Assembly: GCA_963796455.1 (NCBI GenBank)
Contig: CAWCLO010000001.1
Coordinates: 96,001 to 160,000, forward strand
Direction: 5' to 3'
Length of the DNA: 64,000 nt
Origin: Candidatus Sulfomarinibacteraceae bacterium
Lineage (GTDB): Bacteria; Acidobacteriota; Thermoanaerobaculia; Thermoanaerobaculales; Sulfomarinibacteraceae
Position numbers and translations under genes: made by a program. Below are positions 50,093 to 59,695 of this stretch, one piece after another (the stretch's first letter is position 1; every line of letters starts with the position of its first letter). The notes below the pieces were generated by a model. It was not told the DNA's origin, did no database searches, and worked only from the letters and a program-made list of their open reading frames with translations.

Positions 50093-51457
50093 TCAGGCGG
50101 CGTCGCGTGCCGATGACCGCAGGTTGCCCTTCCACCCTTGATCTCCCAGCGGGAAGCCGTCCCGGTCCCCGACTTCCCTCCGCTGCAATGCGTTGATCAA
50201 AAAGAACTCCACCGCCCGACTGAGGCGACCCCGGCTCGGCTGACGCAGGCCGCGGCCGACGATGGATCGCCACGAGTAGAATTCCCGCCTCGATTCGAGG
50301 CATTTTCGGCGCAATTGGTCGGCCGACATCAATTTTGGTCGAAAGGTCACCTGATTGAAGCCGTACTGTGGATCCAGCCACCACGATTCCTCGAAGAGGC
50401 GATTCTGGGCGCGAAGCCTGTCGTAGACCGGGGTGCCTGGAAAGGGAACCAGGTGATTGAATGCTGCGAGATACATCGCGTGTTCCCGGGCAAAGGAGAC
50501 GGCCGTTTCGAAGTGATTCTCCGTGTCGCCGTCGTATCCAAATATAAAGGTGCCGTAGATGCAGAGCCCCTTGTTGGCCACCATTTTCATCGTGGAGTCG
50601 TAATCCGCGATTCGATTGAATCCCTTGTTCATCTCGCCCAGGTTGCCGTCGTCCAGAGTCTCGAATCCGACCAGGACGCCGATACACCCGCTCAGAACCA
50701 TCAACGCGACCAACTCTTCGTCCCGGAGCGCATCCATCGAACACTGACCGACCCATGGAACGGGATTCCGCGCCAGCAGGCGGCAGAGCTCTTTGGCGCG
50801 ATCCCGGTCGGCGCCAAAATTGTCATCGACCACGAAGAGAAACTTCTTCGACGGTGCGAGCTCCCACATCTGGCGAGCCACATCCTCGACGTCGAAGGGC
50901 GCCACTTTGCCTCCGTAAAACGCGGTGATGGCGCAGAAGTCGCAGCGATGGTTGCATCCACGGCTCGATTCGAGGAGCCCGATCGGCAGATAGCTCTTGC
51001 CCTCGAAGATGCTGCGATCGGGTTTTGTCAAATGCTTGGAGCTCCCACCTTCGGTCCGATAGACTCTCTTCAGGGTTCCCGATCGGTGGTCGTCGATCAC
51101 CTCCGCCCACCGGCCCTCCGCTTCGCCGACGACGATGCTTTCGGCGTGGATCATCGCTTCCTCCGGGACGAGCGTCGGGTGGAATCCCCCGAGCACGACC
51201 GGTACGCCGCGGCGCCGGTATTCGCTCGCTATCTGATAGGAGCGGAGAGCCGTGTAGGTCTCTACCGAGATTGCAACCAGATCCGCCGGGGCATCGAAAT
51301 CGATCCGCTCCACCCGATCGTCTTGAAGGCTCACCTCCACATCGTCCGGCGTCAGCGCCGCGAGCGCGGCGAGTTGGAGGGGCTCCATCTGCCAGGTCTT
51401 GAGGTAGGAAGAGCCGGGTCGCCGCCCCACCGCAGGCTGCACCAGGGTCAGCTTCAT
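50093..51457 (-). CDS. B12-binding domain radical SAM protein (2)
   Basis: N-terminal cobalamin-binding-like VPVVLGGFHPT...VVGEAE; SRGCNHRCDFC; VVDDN; PFPGTP; ATGA overlap. Confidence 0.9.
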   Translation of the reverse strand: MKLTLVQPAVGRRPGSSYLKTWQMEPLQLAALAALTPDDVEVSLQDDRVERIDFDAPADLVAISVETYTALRSYQIASEYRRRGVPVVLGGFHPTLVPEEAMIHAESIVVGEAEGRWAEVIDDHRSGTLKRVYRTEGGSSKHLTKPDRSIFEGKSYLPIGLLESSRGCNHRCDFCAITAFYGGKVAPFDVEDVARQMWELAPSKKFLFVVDDNFGADRDRAKELCRLLARNPVPWVGQCSMDALRDEELVALMVLSGCIGVLVGFETLDDGNLGEMNKGFNRIADYDSTMKMVANKGLCIYGTFIFGYDGDTENHFETAVSFAREHAMYLAAFNHLVPFPGTPVYDRLRAQNRLFEESWWLDPQYGFNQVTFRPKLMSADQLRRKCLESRREFYSWRSIVGRGLRQPSRGRLSRAVEFFLINALQRREVGDRDGFPLGDQGWKGNLRSSARDAA

Positions 51458-52797
51458 GCGGAGAACTCGATCCTGCCTGCTTCGGCCAACGGCCAGTCGC
51501 ACTGATAAAAACGACTCAGGTTGTTTGCGTAGAACCGGTAACCGGCGTTGGCGAGCAACGCCACAGGCAGGGGTGCCGCCGTCCGCAGCAGACGGCGCGC
51601 GATCCCGGAGAAGCTGTATGCGATTTTCCACGCCATCTCCGTACCCCTAGCCAGATCCTCGATGCCCATCCGCGCCGGATGGAAAACCACGTGCTGGCCG
51701 TCGTAGAGATCCCAGTCCCTGGTGAAAATCCTGCCCTCGCTCTCCAGCCGGCGGTAGAGGGGCGTTCCCGGAAATGGTGTCACAACGGCAAAACGGGGAA
51801 GGTCGATCCCCGCCTCGACGGCCATCCGCGCGGTTTCTTCGAAGGTATCCACTGTGTCATGGTCGAGACCGAAGACAAAACACGCCTGGAGACCGATCCT
51901 GTGTTTGTGGAGTTTTTGAACCAGTTCCTCGCAGCTGCCACTCCACCCCCACCCTTTTCGGATCTCACCGAGATTTTCACGATCCATGGATTCGAGACCC
52001 ATGAGCAAACCTCTGCACCCACTTCGAGCCGCCAGCCGCAGCAGGGCCTCGTCGGTTACGAGACGGGTGGTGGAAAGCCCGAACCAGGTCAGGTCGAGTG
52101 GAATCAGAGCCTCGAAGAGAAGGGCGGCGTAGCCGGGATCTGCAATCAGATTGAGATCCACGAAGATGATCCGCCGCGACCCGTGACGGCGGATGTCTTC
52201 CACCACCTCAGCGACCGGCTTTTTCAGAGGTGTCCGGCCCCACGCCGAGGGAACCACGCAGAACTCGCAGCCATGAACACAAGCCCGCGTCGCCTCGAAG
52301 ACGGCATCGGTGAGATAGCCCTTTGGGGGAAGCAGATCGCGCCTCGGTCGCGGCATGCCTGCGAGGGAAAGATCCGGGCGCTGATCGTATCGGGAACCGA
52401 GCCTTCCGACGGCAAAATCGCGCAGCAGCGCCGGCCAGCTCTCCTCCGCGTACCCCACCACGACGGCATCGCAGTGGGGTGCAGCATCTTCAGGGACAAG
52501 GGTCACATGAGGTCCGCCCAACACCACCGGAATTCCGCGGGACCGGAATTCCGCCGCCAGCTCGTAGCCGCGATTGGCGGTGCCGGTGATGAGGGTCATC
52601 CCGACGAGATCGGTCTCGAGACCGGGCGTCAACTCTGCCACGCCCTCGTCGATGATCACGATCTCGGCATCGAGTTCGGCGGGCACTAGAGCCGCCAAGG
52701 TGGTCAGCGTCAGGGGCGCGTAACGCAGAGACCGGCCGAATATCCCACCGCGATGGCGGTAGAGCGGTCCCTTCGGAGAAATGAGGGTGATTCTCAA
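51454..52797 (-). CDS. B12-binding domain radical SAM protein (1)
   Basis: PLTLTTLAAL, IPVVLGGPHVT, TRACVHGCEFC, TPFPGTP; TTG start after the GAGGGAG RBS. Confidence 0.9.
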   Translation of the reverse strand: MRITLISPKGPLYRHRGGIFGRSLRYAPLTLTTLAALVPAELDAEIVIIDEGVAELTPGLETDLVGMTLITGTANRGYELAAEFRSRGIPVVLGGPHVTLVPEDAAPHCDAVVVGYAEESWPALLRDFAVGRLGSRYDQRPDLSLAGMPRPRRDLLPPKGYLTDAVFEATRACVHGCEFCVVPSAWGRTPLKKPVAEVVEDIRRHGSRRIIFVDLNLIADPGYAALLFEALIPLDLTWFGLSTTRLVTDEALLRLAARSGCRGLLMGLESMDRENLGEIRKGWGWSGSCEELVQKLHKHRIGLQACFVFGLDHDTVDTFEETARMAVEAGIDLPRFAVVTPFPGTPLYRRLESEGRIFTRDWDLYDGQHVVFHPARMGIEDLARGTEMAWKIAYSFSGIARRLLRTAAPLPVALLANAGYRFYANNLSRFYQCDWPLAEAGRIEFSA

Positions 52798-52907
52798 TGG
52801 ACTCCCTCTGAAGCTTCAGCCGGTAGACGGTCGAGATCGAGAACGATTCCGGACCTTTCGAGATTATCACGCACCCAATGTGGTGGGATCGTTCGTCAAA
52901 AAAAACG

Positions 52908-54236
52908 CTATTCTACTGAATTTGAATCACTTGACTCGATGGATCCCGGGTTCACTGCGGACGAAAACGCCCCATCGTCCACATCGGTCATCACCAGCCT
53001 GACGTCGGAATCGAAGACCCGGTTGGCTGCCATCAATTGCATCATCAGCTCACCCCACAGCGTGCCGTCGATATCGGAGTGGTCGGCGCTGATCGCGGCG
53101 GGCACCTGGAAGATCCAGAAAGGTGTGTCGTTCCATCGATCCGGCTTCTCGTGAATCTCCACCTTGCCGTCTCGAACAACCACCTCGTGGCTGTGGAGAA
53201 ACGGCACGTGGCCGGCAGTCCGAATCCCGAGCCGGCGTTGCGACGGCATCCCCGGTTCGCTCGATCTCCGGTACCGGACGAAGACCGAGTTGAAGGTCAT
53301 CGCGATGGGGACCATGAATCTGGTCACGCCGTCGCGTTCGGATGTGATTGAAACGATCATCGGGCCATCGGTGGGGCTGAGACTGCCGGCCTCCGACTGC
53401 AATACCATCTCGACGCCGGTTCGCTTGAAGACATCGATCAGCTGTTTGGAATACAACGCCTCCGTCGAGGCATTCGCTGTCACGATGAGATCGTAATGAA
53501 GCGGCACCGGCCGATCGCCGTACTCCGCGAGCATGATGTCCGAAACAACGGCCGGCCCGAGGGTCTTTTCAACGATCATGCCCCCCATGGAGTGGCCGAC
53601 CAGGGCGCACTTGCTCTCGCCATTCTCCTTGGCCACATTGGCCGATCGGAAAAGCACCTCGTTGAGGCTCTTCGACGCTACCCGGTGGGCGGCCACTCGG
53701 CGGTTCCAGAACGACACATCAATGAGTATCGGTAACGAATAGGTTCGACCGCGCCACCCGATATACAGACCGACCACCGGCCTCGGATCTTCGCCGGTTG
53801 CCTTGGCTGCCTCGGCCGAAGCTTCGGCGATGTCGGAAATCCGGGTCTCGAACCACTCGAGACGCCGACCCCCATCCTCGTCGCGCGCCGCGTTGCTTTT
53901 CCAGCCGTGTACGAATTGATAGAGGATAATGCCGTGTTCGCTTGAACGGTTGAGCCGGCGAATCTCTGCCAGGACCGCGTCGAGCTGACGTAGATCCCAC
54001 GGCTCACCCTGGTCATCGAACTCCACGACCCCCACGGAGTACTGCAGTCCGCTCCCGGTCTCGAAACGGCGCAGGTAATCTCCGGGTTCAGTGTTGAACA
54101 TCCGGTTGCCGACACAGCCAAAGGGCAAGGCCACGCCGACAGCCACTGCGACGAAGAATCCCAGCACCAGCCGTCTGAAATATCTCGCCAACCAGCCGGG
54201 TCGGGAGTCCGTGGAATCGCTTTCTTTGGGCCGCAT
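52908..54236 (-). CDS. Membrane-anchored alpha/beta hydrolase-like protein
   Basis: N-terminal TM; VEFDDQG, FVHGWK, YIGWRG, nucleophile elbow GHSMG. Confidence 0.7.
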   Translation of the reverse strand: MRPKESDSTDSRPGWLARYFRRLVLGFFVAVAVGVALPFGCVGNRMFNTEPGDYLRRFETGSGLQYSVGVVEFDDQGEPWDLRQLDAVLAEIRRLNRSSEHGIILYQFVHGWKSNAARDEDGGRRLEWFETRISDIAEASAEAAKATGEDPRPVVGLYIGWRGRTYSLPILIDVSFWNRRVAAHRVASKSLNEVLFRSANVAKENGESKCALVGHSMGGMIVEKTLGPAVVSDIMLAEYGDRPVPLHYDLIVTANASTEALYSKQLIDVFKRTGVEMVLQSEAGSLSPTDGPMIVSITSERDGVTRFMVPIAMTFNSVFVRYRRSSEPGMPSQRRLGIRTAGHVPFLHSHEVVVRDGKVEIHEKPDRWNDTPFWIFQVPAAISADHSDIDGTLWGELMMQLMAANRVFDSDVRLVMTDVDDGAFSSAVNPGSIESSDSNSVE

Positions 54237-54330
54237 CAAGATCCTGTCGTTGGTTGATCGCGCCGATTGGTTGATAATACTGGCTGCTAAGATCGCAGCC
54301 ATTCTACCGGACCGAAAGGTGGTGTCCGCC

Positions 54331-55842
54331 GTGACCCGTCAAAATCGTCGTTTCATTCGTCCAATTCTCGTCACGGTTTTCGGGATCATCGCGGTGATTC
54401 TTCTGCTGGCATCGTGGGCCCAGCGTTCGAAACCGGATCTCTCGCCCTGGCACACGGCGGACTTCGATTCAGAGTTCGAGGCCAAGGACGCACGGGATGG
54501 TTTTGATTGGGGAGACTATCTGGCTCTGGAGGAGGATCTCTTCGAGGAACTCGAAGAAAAGATCGTCAGAAAAAGTGGTTCCCACGCCGACCCGAGTTGG
54601 AACCGCTATGCCGATGGCGGCCTCAACAATCCAGCCGGATTTCCCGTCAACTGGAACCGCTCATACGAGGTGGATGTGCCGTCTCCGAAGGGAGGCGCGC
54701 TCCTCATCCACGGTCTCACCGACTCACCCTACAGCCTGCGCCGCACAGCTGAGATTCTCTCCTCTCAGGGCCTGCACGTGGTCGGTGTCCGTCTTCCCGG
54801 GCACGGCACCACGCCTTCAGCCCTCAGCCGGGCCGAAGTGGCGGACTGGCGGGCCGCCGTGCGACTCGCGGTCGAGCACCTGCAAGGAGAAATCGGTTCC
54901 AGCGACGAGCTGATTCTGGCGGGCTACTCCAACGGCGGAGCGCTTGCCATCGACTATTCCCTGGACAGCCTTTTGGACGAGGGTCTTCGCACCCCCGACC
55001 GGATCATTCTCTTCTCCCCCGCCATCGGCATCACGCGGGCGGCGGCACTGGCGCGGGCCCACCATCTGTTGAGCTTCATGCCCTGGTTCAACAAACTCGG
55101 ATGGAGCGGTATCGAACCGGAGAATGATCCCTTCAAATACAATTCCTTTCCCACCGATGCCGGCTATCAGACCCACGTTCTGACCCGGTCGGTTCGGCAC
55201 AGGCTGTCTCAACTCCAGCATCAGGGTCTGTCGGAAGAATTCCCCCCGGTGCTCACCTTCATGTCACTCGCCGACGCGACGGTCCTGGTGGAGGCCGTGG
55301 TGAGCGGACTCTATGACCACCTCAGCAAACCCGAAAACGAACTCGTGATCTTCGATATCAACCGGCAATCGAAAATGACGGATTTCTTCCGAACCGACCC
55401 CGCAGTGCGGCTCAAAATGTTGATGGAAAGACCGACCACTCCATACCGGATCACAGTGATATCCAACATCGACGAGACCACCGACGCCCTCGAAGAATGG
55501 TCGCGGCCTGCCGGCTCTGACCGCGCGGATGTGAATTATCTGGAGTTGGCGTGGCCGCGCGGTTTCTATTCGCTCTCGCATGTGGCGGTTCCCTTCCCGC
55601 CGGAGGATCCGATCTATGGCTCACACCCTGACCCCGATCATCGATTCGGGATCCAGCTCGGCACCCTCGAACCGCGCGGCGAGCGGGGTCTGCTCGCGAT
55701 CTCCGCTGATCAACTCATGCGGCTGCGTTCAAATCCCTTTTTCAGCTATATCGAGGCCAGACTGAGCGCCGCAAAAACTGCGGAAGTGCCACCGGAAACC
55801 GACACCGAAACAGTCGACGCCACCGCGGGTGAAGAACAATGA
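54331..55842 (+). CDS. Alpha/beta hydrolase (esterase/lysophospholipase-like), N-terminal anchor
   Basis: LIHGLTDSPYS, RLPGHGT, GYSNGG, SLSHVA; GTG start. Confidence 0.82.
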   Translation: MTRQNRRFIRPILVTVFGIIAVILLLASWAQRSKPDLSPWHTADFDSEFEAKDARDGFDWGDYLALEEDLFEELEEKIVRKSGSHADPSWNRYADGGLNNPAGFPVNWNRSYEVDVPSPKGGALLIHGLTDSPYSLRRTAEILSSQGLHVVGVRLPGHGTTPSALSRAEVADWRAAVRLAVEHLQGEIGSSDELILAGYSNGGALAIDYSLDSLLDEGLRTPDRIILFSPAIGITRAAALARAHHLLSFMPWFNKLGWSGIEPENDPFKYNSFPTDAGYQTHVLTRSVRHRLSQLQHQGLSEEFPPVLTFMSLADATVLVEAVVSGLYDHLSKPENELVIFDINRQSKMTDFFRTDPAVRLKMLMERPTTPYRITVISNIDETTDALEEWSRPAGSDRADVNYLELAWPRGFYSLSHVAVPFPPEDPIYGSHPDPDHRFGIQLGTLEPRGERGLLAISADQLMRLRSNPFFSYIEARLSAAKTAEVPPETDTETVDATAGEEQ

Positions 55843-55855
55843 GGGGATCAATCTG

Positions 55856-57472
55856 ATGACCGTCTCCTACCAAGCTGACGTGATCATCGCCGGGGGTGGT
55901 CTGGCCGGGCTCACCGCCGCCTGGGAGCTGATCGAAAACGGCCTCAGGGTCGTGGTGCTCGACCGCGATTCCGTTGACCGGCTGGGCGGGCTCGCCAAGC
56001 GGTCCTTCGGCGGCGTGATGTTCGTCGACACTCCCCACCAGCGCAAGCTGGGCATCCGCGACAAACCCGAGCTTGCCTGGTCCGACTGGCAGAGCTTCGC
56101 GGACTTCGGTCCCGAGGACGAGTGGCCCCGGCGCTGGGCACAGACGTATGTGGAGAATTCAACCCAGCTGATTCTGGAGTGGCTCGACCAATGCGGTGTT
56201 TCTTTCCTGCCTCTGGTCAACTGGGCCGAGCGCGGTCTCTTCAAACCCGGAAACTCGGTGCCCCGCTGGCATATCGCCTGGGGAACCGGCTTCGCGATCA
56301 TCGAGGCGGTGCTTGCGTCTCTCGAGAATCACCGCCACCGGGATCTGCTCGAAATCCACTGCGGTCACAAGGTCGACCGATTGCTCACCAAAGCGGGTCG
56401 GGTTGTCGGCTGCGCCGGATCACTCGAGGAGGATGGCGGCGACTTCGAGGCCCGCGCCGACAACGTGATCCTTGCCTCCGGCGGGATCTGCGGCGGCGAT
56501 CTCAGCAAGGTCAAGGCCAACTGGTACAAACCGTGGGGCAATCCACCCTCAGTGTTGCTCAACGGCTCGCACCGCTTTGCCGATGGGCTGCTTCACGAAG
56601 AGGCGGCAAAGACCGGCGCCGCGCTGACCCACCTCGACAAACAATGGCACTACGCCGCCGGCGTTCATTCGCGAGAGACGGATTCTGCAGATGACGGCAT
56701 CAGTCTGGTGCCGCCGCGGTCGGCGCTGTGGCTCGACGCCCGCGGCCGGCGCATGGGCCCGGTGCCCCTCATGGGCTACACCGATACGCGTTGGCTGGTG
56801 GAACAGATCTGCCGCACTCCCGAGCAGTATTCGTGGCAGGTCCTCAACTGGAAGATCGCCATCAAAGAATTGGCCGTCTCTGGTTGCGACTACATGACCG
56901 CTTTCCGCAACAAAAAAAAGATCGAGCTCATCAAATCCGTCATTTTCGGCAACAAGGAGCTCGTCCACCGGCTCATCGAAGAAAGCGACGATTTCGTCGT
57001 CGCGGACACTCTGGACGAACTGATGAACAAGATGGACGTCCTCTCCCTCGACGGTGCATCCATCGACCGCGAAGGAATGGCCTCTGATATCCGCGCCTAC
57101 GATGCCCAGATCGGCCGCGGTCCACGCTATTTCAATGACGAACAACTTCGCCGAATCGCCAACTTCCGCCGCTACAAGGGCGACCGCCTTCGGACCTGTG
57201 CCTACCAGAAAATCGACGACTCGCGGGCGAGGCCGCTGATCGCCATCCGCGAGTTCATTCTCAGCCGTAAAAGTCTCGGAGGGATCCAAACCGATCTCTC
57301 GAGTCGGGTGCTCGACACCTCCGGCAAAACGATTCCCGGACTCTATGCCATCGGCGAGACCGCCGGATTCGGCGGCGGTGGCATCCACGGCAAAGGCTCG
57401 CTGGAAGGAACCTTCCTCGGCAGCTGTGTCCTGACCGGGCGATTCGCCGGTCGTGCCATCAGCGGCGGATAG
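55856..57472 (+). CDS. FAD-binding dehydrogenase (FAD_binding_2, KsdD/COG3573-like)
   Basis: GGGLAG, GGLAKRSFGG, GNSVPRWH..WGTG, RKSLGGIQTD, GFGGGGIHG, LEGTFLG. Confidence 0.88.
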   Translation: MTVSYQADVIIAGGGLAGLTAAWELIENGLRVVVLDRDSVDRLGGLAKRSFGGVMFVDTPHQRKLGIRDKPELAWSDWQSFADFGPEDEWPRRWAQTYVENSTQLILEWLDQCGVSFLPLVNWAERGLFKPGNSVPRWHIAWGTGFAIIEAVLASLENHRHRDLLEIHCGHKVDRLLTKAGRVVGCAGSLEEDGGDFEARADNVILASGGICGGDLSKVKANWYKPWGNPPSVLLNGSHRFADGLLHEEAAKTGAALTHLDKQWHYAAGVHSRETDSADDGISLVPPRSALWLDARGRRMGPVPLMGYTDTRWLVEQICRTPEQYSWQVLNWKIAIKELAVSGCDYMTAFRNKKKIELIKSVIFGNKELVHRLIEESDDFVVADTLDELMNKMDVLSLDGASIDREGMASDIRAYDAQIGRGPRYFNDEQLRRIANFRRYKGDRLRTCAYQKIDDSRARPLIAIREFILSRKSLGGIQTDLSSRVLDTSGKTIPGLYAIGETAGFGGGGIHGKGSLEGTFLGSCVLTGRFAGRAISGG

Positions 57473-57519
57473 ACTCAGTAAAGAGAGTCATTGCTGTTCA
57501 CGACGCGTGTGTCAGCACC

Positions 57520-57864
57520 AGTGTTCAGGGACGGGAACGGGAGCAGCGACAGCGCCCGTGTCCGAATTGCTTCGGCAGCCGCAATAATCAGGGGCAGCGT
57601 CAGTTTCCAGCGACAGCGACAGTGTTCAGCGGCAGCGGCGGCGGTCAGGTGCAGCAACGGAGGGGCCACCTCCGTGTCGTTCAACGGATGGAGTTGCCGG
57701 AGAAGCGATGACACCCTTCGCTGAGGTCCATGCCATGACATAGCGGCTGTTGAATCCGGAGACTTGAGTACCGTTCGCTGTCACTGTCCCGGCCGCTGGT
57801 CGCTGCCGCTGATTTCTGTTCGCTGACGCTGTCCCTGATCGCTGTACCAGACACTGCCTTGGAC
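57520..57864 (+). mobile_element. Internally deleted copy of the four-helix-bundle-associated element (copy C)
   Basis: ccgaattgc, cagcgacagtgt.cagcggcagcggcggcggtcagg, ggccacctccgtgtcgttcaac. At ~57700 it is fused to a degenerate gene tail (gaagcgatga...cttcg...gccatgac...ttgaatccg), then cccggccgctggtcgctgccgctg as in copy B. Confidence 0.72.
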
Positions 57865-57891
57865 CAGGGCGACTGAAATCTCAGGGTTCTC

Positions 57892-59553
57892 TCAAGGTTC
57901 GCAATAACACGACGAGGTCGGTCTGGTGTCGGCGTCGTCAAAGGCCCGGGCCAGCCGGATCGTGAGATCTTCGGCCTCGGACTGACGCTCCTGACTCTGC
58001 AACGCCAGCTGCAACCCGGTGAGCGACCAGCCGTTGTCGCGGTTGCGTCGCAGATCTTCACGATAGACCTCCTCGGCTTCGGCAAATCGTCCATCCGCCA
58101 TCAGTAGAGCGCCAAGAGCGTGGCGAACCGGCAGCATCCAACCCGGGGGCTCGTCATAGACGAGGGCGTCTTCAGCCTCGACCCCTTCGCGCAAAATGGC
58201 GAAGGCCTCGTCACGCTCGCCCTCACGGAAGAGCAACTCACCGTAAATCATGGCGCGCGCAATCGGCAGCACGGCGGAAACCTGGTTGTTGAAGATCCAC
58301 CACTCCTCGGGAACTTCGGCCATCGCCTGCTCGAAGGACTCGAGTTCGGCGCGCGCCTCGTCGGTCCGACCAAGGGCCGAATTGGCGATCGATCGCGCAT
58401 AATGGCGGACCGCGCGCGACACCAATCGCCATTCAGGGTAATCGGGTTCTTCGAGGATCTCCTCCCATTTCCCGAATCGAATCAGAACGTGAAAATTGGC
58501 GGGCATGATGCCTTCGATGAGGCCCGAGAAATCGCGCAATGCGGACTCGGGCATTTCGGCCTCGAGATCGCGTGCGGCCTGGATCGCCTGTTCGTAGTTG
58601 CCCGACATCATTGCGGCATAGGAGAGGAAATGCAGGTTGTGGCCGTAGTACATCGCGTAAAGACCGGGAGTCGGAGCGTTGGCAAGGTAATTACGATCCA
58701 CCTCAATGGCGGCGATATTGGTCTGCGCCGCGTCTGCGTACCTGCCGACCCGGATGTAAATGTGTGAGGGCATGTGGACGAGGTGGCCGGAGCCCGGCAC
58801 GATCTCGGTCAGGCGATCGGCAGCCTCGATCGCGCGCTCCGGGTTCGACGAGGCCTCCACCGCATGAATCAAGAAGTGGTTCGCACCCGGGTGCCGCGGA
58901 GAGGTCTCGAGAGTTCGCTCGATGATTTCGACAAACTCCGCCGTCCGCCCCTTGGGCTCGCCGGCGTCGGTCCAGTAGTCCCAGGGTTGAAGATCCATCA
59001 ACGCCTCGGCAAAGAGGGCCGCAACATCGGGATCATCAGGAAAATCCTGATAGACCGTCTCCATCGCATCGGCATAATCCTGGTCCAGCCCACTCCGATC
59101 TTCGGGCGCCGGCCAGGCATATCGAGTCGCCACTGCGCGCACCAGCGCGGCCTCGACGGGTGATGCGGCGTCAATCCGCTCGATGGCCTCCTGGGAGGCC
59201 TTCCACGCGTTGTGCGGCCGATCGCCCGTCATTTCAGCGTCGTTGATATTGGTGCCGTTGCAGTAGGCGATCCCCCACCACGGCATCGGATTCGAGGGGT
59301 CGGCCGCCGCCGCCTGCTCGAAGGATCGGATCGCCTCATCGTGGTTGAAGCCGTACATCAGCTGCATGCCCTGGTTGAAGAACTGCTGGGCGGTCTCCGA
59401 CTCGGTCGTGATGGCGCGCTCGTAGTTGCCGAACCCTTCGTAGATCCGGCCGGCCGCGCCCGGTTCCTCGGAGCGGCACCCCGAGAGCACCATGACCCCG
59501 GCGGTGGCAACTGCAATTGCGGACCACCACAACTTCTGCTTCGTATTTTTCAC
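57892..59553 (-). CDS. TPR-repeat lipoprotein
   Basis: Lipobox LSGC; AQQFFNQG, HPGANHFLIHAVE, SGHLVHMPSHIY, YDEPPGW..PVRH.LG. Confidence 0.82.
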   Translation of the reverse strand: MKNTKQKLWWSAIAVATAGVMVLSGCRSEEPGAAGRIYEGFGNYERAITTESETAQQFFNQGMQLMYGFNHDEAIRSFEQAAAADPSNPMPWWGIAYCNGTNINDAEMTGDRPHNAWKASQEAIERIDAASPVEAALVRAVATRYAWPAPEDRSGLDQDYADAMETVYQDFPDDPDVAALFAEALMDLQPWDYWTDAGEPKGRTAEFVEIIERTLETSPRHPGANHFLIHAVEASSNPERAIEAADRLTEIVPGSGHLVHMPSHIYIRVGRYADAAQTNIAAIEVDRNYLANAPTPGLYAMYYGHNLHFLSYAAMMSGNYEQAIQAARDLEAEMPESALRDFSGLIEGIMPANFHVLIRFGKWEEILEEPDYPEWRLVSRAVRHYARSIANSALGRTDEARAELESFEQAMAEVPEEWWIFNNQVSAVLPIARAMIYGELLFREGERDEAFAILREGVEAEDALVYDEPPGWMLPVRHALGALLMADGRFAEAEEVYREDLRRNRDNGWSLTGLQLALQSQERQSEAEDLTIRLARAFDDADTRPTSSCYCEP

Positions 59554-59695
59554 GTCTTCCCCCACTTCATCCTCACGATGTGGTGGGGGGTGTCGGCTCA
59601 CAACCGCGATTTCCCCACCCTTTCTATTTAGATACTCTGTCTCAAATATGTTTCATCATAACAAAAGCTGGGTTAATTTGGGGCCGGAGGGCACC

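Noticed and set aside
50061..50756. 604-aa version of the GNAT-like ORF
   Set aside because: The extension overlaps the rSAM gene in another frame and is low-complexity; the plausible start is near 50060.
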